The notes under the pieces are model-generated. The model did not search any database, had not been told where the DNA came from, and saw only the letters and a program-made list of their open reading frames with translations. DNA of 64,000 nucleotides from an uncultured bacterium (GTDB taxonomy: Bacteria; Fidelibacterota; Marinisomatia; Marinisomatales; UBA1611): positions 96,001 through 160,000 of the forward strand of contig CBFIBM010000001.1 of NCBI GenBank assembly GCA_965660855.1, read 5' to 3'. Positions 59,659-64,000 of this stretch are shown here, piece after piece. Every line of letters begins with the position of its first letter. Position 1 is the first letter of the stretch. The translations under genes were made by a program, and so were the position numbers.

Positions 59659-62328
59659 ATGAAACATTTACTTAAATCAGTTTTGTTCTTTTCTGCCATT
59701 ATGTACGCAACATTAATAAATGTTCCCCAAGATTATAGTACTATCCAAGATGGTATAAATGCTGCTCAAGAGGGAGATACAGTTTTAATTGCTCAAGGGG
59801 TATACAATGAGAACTTAATTCTTGAAAAAGAAATTGTCTTAGCAAGTAATGCATTATTTGACAATCTTAACTCAGCTTGGATTTCAAATGATAACATTTC
59901 GCAAACCATCATTAGCGCTCCAGATATTCCAATAAACTCAAAGTATGGAAGTTGTTTAGTCGTACGTAATAATAATATCGAGCCAACCATTTATGGTTTA
60001 ACATTTTCAAATGGTCTAGGTACATCCATGAGATCAGTAGATTGTGTAAACACACCTGATAATAGTAGCAAAATGAAAGCTGGTGGCGCTATTTTAATTT
60101 TTCAGGCCTATCCTAAGATTCATTATAATAGATTTGTTGATAATGGTTTTAATGGGCCTCAAATAGGGGGTAACACAAATACAAATGCAATAAATGATGG
60201 TGGAGCAATTGCATTATATGATGATGAGGATATTGAATTTGATGAAGACAGATCTTCAGTAAACAATCATTCCAATAATTATAATAGAAATAGGCCAACA
60301 GTTGTTAGTCTACAAAATAACTATTTCTCAGGAAATAGTAGCTCTAATGGAGAAAATATATATACTGTAGGATACAATGGTACTATTGATGTAAGTAACA
60401 GTCATTTTGACAATATAGATTGTACAACAAATGAGGTTAGCGAATTTATTTTGACATCCTATAATGAAGATGCAGATTATGTCCAGGATAATATTTTTGG
60501 TTTATGCATTGAAGATAATACATTTTATGTTTCAGTTGATGGTAATGATTCCAATACTGGAAGTGAGTCAGATCCATTTTTAACAATTAATAAAGCCCTT
60601 GGTCGTGTAAAAACAACCGGTGAAACTACTATTGTTCGCGTACTTGAGGGGTATTACTCACCATCAACAACTGGAGAAAAATTTCCAGTAACATTACCTG
60701 ATAATGTACATTTAGTTGGAGATAATTCAGAAAATACTATTCTTGATGCTGAAGGAACTTTTGTTGATCAGAGAGGAGTTATTAGAATAGAGCATTCTCA
60801 AAATGTTTTGGTTGCAAATTTTACGATAACTGGAGGATTCGATGAAGAATCTGGTTGTCATGGAGGTGGTGGAATATCTCTTATCGTTCCGGATAATGAT
60901 CCAATGGGAGACATTGAAACAACGGATGCTATTTTTGAAAATCTAATTATTGAAGATAATTATGGTTATGTTGGTGGTGGTATAAATATATACAAGGTTC
61001 AAGGTGCTACATTTCAGGAGATAGAGGTAAGAAACAATAAATCTGCTTACCAGGGTGGAGGCGTTTTCCTTCAAAAAGGAATTGCTACATTTAAGAAAAT
61101 GGTGATTAATCAGAATGAAAATGGAGTGTCTGCTGCGCCAGGTAGGCAAGGTGGTGGAATGATGTTCGCTTTTTCTGGAGGTGTTCTTGAAGATATAATC
61201 ATAGATGAGAATAGAACTGGGGATAGTGGTGGTGGTCTATGGGTGAATAATGGTATTGGACTATCTCTAAACAGAGTAACCATCTCCGATAATATTAGTA
61301 CTTATAATGGTGCCGGTATGGTTTTAATGCAATGCGATGCACCTACTCAAATAATTAATACCACTATTGCTAATAATTTTCTAGCTGGTGACGCTAATGG
61401 TAATTTCGGTCAAGGCGATGGTTTGTGGGCAATGTTTTCTAGTGCTAATATTACAAATTCAATTTTTAATGGTAATTCTGGTACAGGAAATGAAGTAGTA
61501 AGGATGGGGGGAGATTATTTTAATCTTCAATATAGTTTAACTCAATCTGAAGTGGACTATAGTGATAATTCTATAGGAAATTTAGTCGGGGATCCACTTT
61601 TTATAGATGCCGAAAATGGTAATTACTCTCTGCAAGAGTCTTCATTGTGTATTGATAGTGGAATTGCCGATATTGACAGTGACGGAAATCAAGATATAGA
61701 TGATTTTTTTGGATTAGCTCCAGATATGGGGTCTCATGAATGGCTGCTCCAATCTGTAAGCAATGTGGCAATTTATGTTTCATCATCTAGCATTACACTT
61801 ACATGGGATCCACACCCAAACCCTGCTCTACAATATTATTCTGTGGAGTATTCAACTGATCCTGAATTTGAGAATGATGTTTTATCACAATATGGTACAG
61901 ATACTTATATTGTATTTGATGAGAATTTATTACAATATGATATTGAGTATTTCTTCAGAATCACAGCCTTTACTAATGTATGGAGTCTTTATTCTGATGT
62001 TTACTCTGGGTCTATAGAGTTTCTAGATTTGGATAAAGAACAATTACCTTTAATATTCTCATTAAAACAAAACTATCCAAACCCATTTAATCCCACTACT
62101 AACATTACGTATAGCATTCCTTCAGATAATCATGTCGAGGTTAATATCTATAACCTAATGGGAGAAAAAGTGAAAACATTAGCTAACGGTTTTCAAACTT
62201 CTGGAACTAAAACTGTAAAATGGGATGCTACTAACGAATATGGTGAACCAGTTAGTGCAGGGCTATACGCTTATACAATTCAAGCGGGTAGTTTTAATCA
62301 GACAAAGAAAATGCTATTACTAAAATAA
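59659..62328 (+). CDS. Large secreted beta-helix protein (DUF1565-like, FN3, T9SS-type tail)
   Basis: VP.DY.TIQ..I, G.D.N.G...PF.TI..AL, GGG-rich parallel beta-helix repeats, D.G..E and a NYPNPFNP tail. Confidence 0.8.
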   Translation: MKHLLKSVLFFSAIMYATLINVPQDYSTIQDGINAAQEGDTVLIAQGVYNENLILEKEIVLASNALFDNLNSAWISNDNISQTIISAPDIPINSKYGSCLVVRNNNIEPTIYGLTFSNGLGTSMRSVDCVNTPDNSSKMKAGGAILIFQAYPKIHYNRFVDNGFNGPQIGGNTNTNAINDGGAIALYDDEDIEFDEDRSSVNNHSNNYNRNRPTVVSLQNNYFSGNSSSNGENIYTVGYNGTIDVSNSHFDNIDCTTNEVSEFILTSYNEDADYVQDNIFGLCIEDNTFYVSVDGNDSNTGSESDPFLTINKALGRVKTTGETTIVRVLEGYYSPSTTGEKFPVTLPDNVHLVGDNSENTILDAEGTFVDQRGVIRIEHSQNVLVANFTITGGFDEESGCHGGGGISLIVPDNDPMGDIETTDAIFENLIIEDNYGYVGGGINIYKVQGATFQEIEVRNNKSAYQGGGVFLQKGIATFKKMVINQNENGVSAAPGRQGGGMMFAFSGGVLEDIIIDENRTGDSGGGLWVNNGIGLSLNRVTISDNISTYNGAGMVLMQCDAPTQIINTTIANNFLAGDANGNFGQGDGLWAMFSSANITNSIFNGNSGTGNEVVRMGGDYFNLQYSLTQSEVDYSDNSIGNLVGDPLFIDAENGNYSLQESSLCIDSGIADIDSDGNQDIDDFFGLAPDMGSHEWLLQSVSNVAIYVSSSSITLTWDPHPNPALQYYSVEYSTDPEFENDVLSQYGTDTYIVFDENLLQYDIEYFFRITAFTNVWSLYSDVYSGSIEFLDLDKEQLPLIFSLKQNYPNPFNPTTNITYSIPSDNHVEVNIYNLMGEKVKTLANGFQTSGTKTVKWDATNEYGEPVSAGLYAYTIQAGSFNQTKKMLLLK

Positions 62329-62348
62329 TTAAGAATAAAATTCCCATG

Positions 62349-62382
62349 AAAACCCCTTGTATATTATAAGGGGTTTTTTTTT
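62349..62382 (+). terminator. Intrinsic terminator
   Basis: AAAACCCCTTGTA-TAT-TATAAGGGGTTTT followed by a T-run. Confidence 0.8.
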
Positions 62383-62413
62383 ATACTTTTAGATACTGAA
62401 AGGAAATATATTA

Positions 62414-63301
62414 ATGAAATTACTTATCGAAAATATATCTAAAACATATTCAAATGGTGTTCAAGCACTTAAGAATGTAAATCTTGAAATTAGCAATGGT
62501 ATGTTTGGTCTTCTTGGTCCAAATGGAGCAGGTAAATCAACATTAATGAGGACGATTGCATCTCTTCAAGATGCAGATGAGGGAATAATTAAAATTGGTA
62601 ATATTAATGTTTCAGAGGATAAACAGCAATTAAGAGAAGTTCTAGGTTATTTACCTCAAGAGTTTGGAGTATACCCCAAAGTTTCTTGCTATGAACTTTT
62701 AGATCACATGGCAGTTATGAAAGGGATTACTGATTCAAAAAGTCGTAAATCCATAGTAGAAAATCTTCTTATTCAGACCAATCTATGGGAATCAAAGGAT
62801 AGAAACTTAGGGACTTATAGTGGTGGAATGAAGCAACGTTTTGGGATTGCTCAAGCTCTTATTGGAGACCCCAAACTTATAATTGTTGATGAACCAACAG
62901 CTGGTTTAGATCCGATGGAACGAAATAGGTTTCATAACCTTTTAAGCGAAATTGGTGAAAATGTAATTGTAATTCTTTCTACTCATATTGTCGATGATGT
63001 AAGAGACTTATGTAATGATATGGCCATCATTCTAAATGGTGAGGTTCAGATAATGGGGGAGCCAATAGAGTTAATAAAAGAATTGAGTGGTAAGGTATGG
63101 AAAGGCTTAGTTGATAAAAAAGATTTAATAAAAATAGAGAAAGACAATCAAGTAATCTCTTCAAGGTTACATATGGGAAAAGTACAGGTTCGAATTTTTA
63201 GTGACAAACCATTAGATCATAGTTTTGAGAAGACTGATGCTGAGATTGAAGATCTCTACTTCTCAACAATTCATGGATTAGACATCAATGGAAGTAAATA
63301 A
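62414..63301 (+). CDS. ABC transporter ATP-binding protein
   Basis: GPNGAGKST, YSGGMKQR, VDEPTAGLDP and STH motifs. Confidence 0.95.
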   Translation: MKLLIENISKTYSNGVQALKNVNLEISNGMFGLLGPNGAGKSTLMRTIASLQDADEGIIKIGNINVSEDKQQLREVLGYLPQEFGVYPKVSCYELLDHMAVMKGITDSKSRKSIVENLLIQTNLWESKDRNLGTYSGGMKQRFGIAQALIGDPKLIIVDEPTAGLDPMERNRFHNLLSEIGENVIVILSTHIVDDVRDLCNDMAIILNGEVQIMGEPIELIKELSGKVWKGLVDKKDLIKIEKDNQVISSRLHMGKVQVRIFSDKPLDHSFEKTDAEIEDLYFSTIHGLDINGSK

Positions 63302-63302
63302 T

Positions 63303-64000
63303 ATGTGGAGACATATTTTAAATTTCGAATTACGAATTGGTTTTAAAAAGACATCAATTATTGTCTATTTTTTAATCTTTTTTAGTCTAGCTTTTCTTAT
63401 TGTAAATGTTCTCGGTGGGGCATTTACAGGAGCTCGTATTGTAATAGGAAATGCGAATAATCATCTGAATGCACCATTAGTAATCGCTGAATTACAAACA
63501 GTGATAAGTATGATTGGAGTATTGATTTGTGCTGCAATATTTGGGAATTCAGGATATCGAGATTTTCAGTACAATACTCACTCCTTATTTTTTACAAAGC
63601 CCATAAAACCATCTGATTATTTTATTGCTCGATTTACGAGTTCTTTCATCATAAGCCTAATTATCCAAGCAGGATTTAGCCTTGGTTTATTATTTGGCTT
63701 TTTGATGCCATATCTGGATAATGAAACTTTTGGTCCATTTAATTTTTTCGCTTATTTGCATCCCTTCATGATTATGGTAATACCAAATATATTCATGGTA
63801 GGATCGCTCCTATTTACAATCGCAATACTAACACGAAGAATGTTACCTACCTACATGGCCTCTGTTGTATTGTTGTTTGGATATTTGAGTACTGGAACTT
63901 TTACAAGTGAAATTGAGACAAGGTGGATTGCTACTCTAATTGATCCTTTTGGTGGTGAAGCTATCGGTGATGCTGTTCGGTATTGGACTCAATTTGAACA
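63303..64000 (+). CDS. ABC-2-type permease, probably the permease/M1-peptidase fusion type; truncated by the window end
   Basis: Open frame from ATG 63303 (MWRHILNFELR...) with NAP, RD....LFFT.PI....Y..RF and DPFG...YWT motifs. Confidence 0.8.
   Translation, partial: MWRHILNFELRIGFKKTSIIVYFLIFFSLAFLIVNVLGGAFTGARIVIGNANNHLNAPLVIAELQTVISMIGVLICAAIFGNSGYRDFQYNTHSLFFTKPIKPSDYFIARFTSSFIISLIIQAGFSLGLLFGFLMPYLDNETFGPFNFFAYLHPFMIMVIPNIFMVGSLLFTIAILTRRMLPTYMASVVLLFGYLSTGTFTSEIETRWIATLIDPFGGEAIGDAVRYWTQFE

Overview
This is an AT-rich bacterial chromosomal segment read with genetic code 11. Gene content suggests an FCB-group marine bacterium, most likely Marinisomatota (Marinimicrobia/SAR406); this is an inference from the many FlgD/T9SS-type C-terminal sorting domains, dockerin/TSP3 modules, a cyclase-TPR protein and the efp-accB-accC-gcvH order. 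Positions 1-25.4 kb are mostly housekeeping: a MoxR/DUF58 cluster, efp-accB-accC-gcvH-GGGP synthase-gmhA-xerD-S2P-ftcD-mutL-(racemase/dehydratase)-miaA, pyrR-pyrB-pyrC behind a PyrR attenuator, rplM-rpsI-rpsB-tsf-pyrH-frr, nrdJ and der. From about 25.4 kb, around an initiator tRNA-Met, the region is mosaic and rich in secreted proteins (GH92, GH18, GH16, five proteins with T9SS-type tails), plus typA, a DEAD-box helicase and nth. The most notable signals are five. (1) A secreted thioredoxin-fold selenoprotein (W-U-G-G-C, SECIS-like hairpin, TSP3/dockerin tail) that the ORF track splits in two. (2) A compact exosortase system: a 60-aa PID-CTERM target, an exosortase, a companion membrane protein and a divergent O-antigen-ligase/O-OTase-like gene. 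(3) An orphan phage-type DNA-hypermodification (aGPT-Pplase1-like) gene. (4) An orphan Pycsar-effector-like membrane protein coupled to a collagen-like lipoprotein. (5) An archaeal-type GGGP synthase inside the accB-accC operon. All family calls come from motif recognition by eye; no searches were run.
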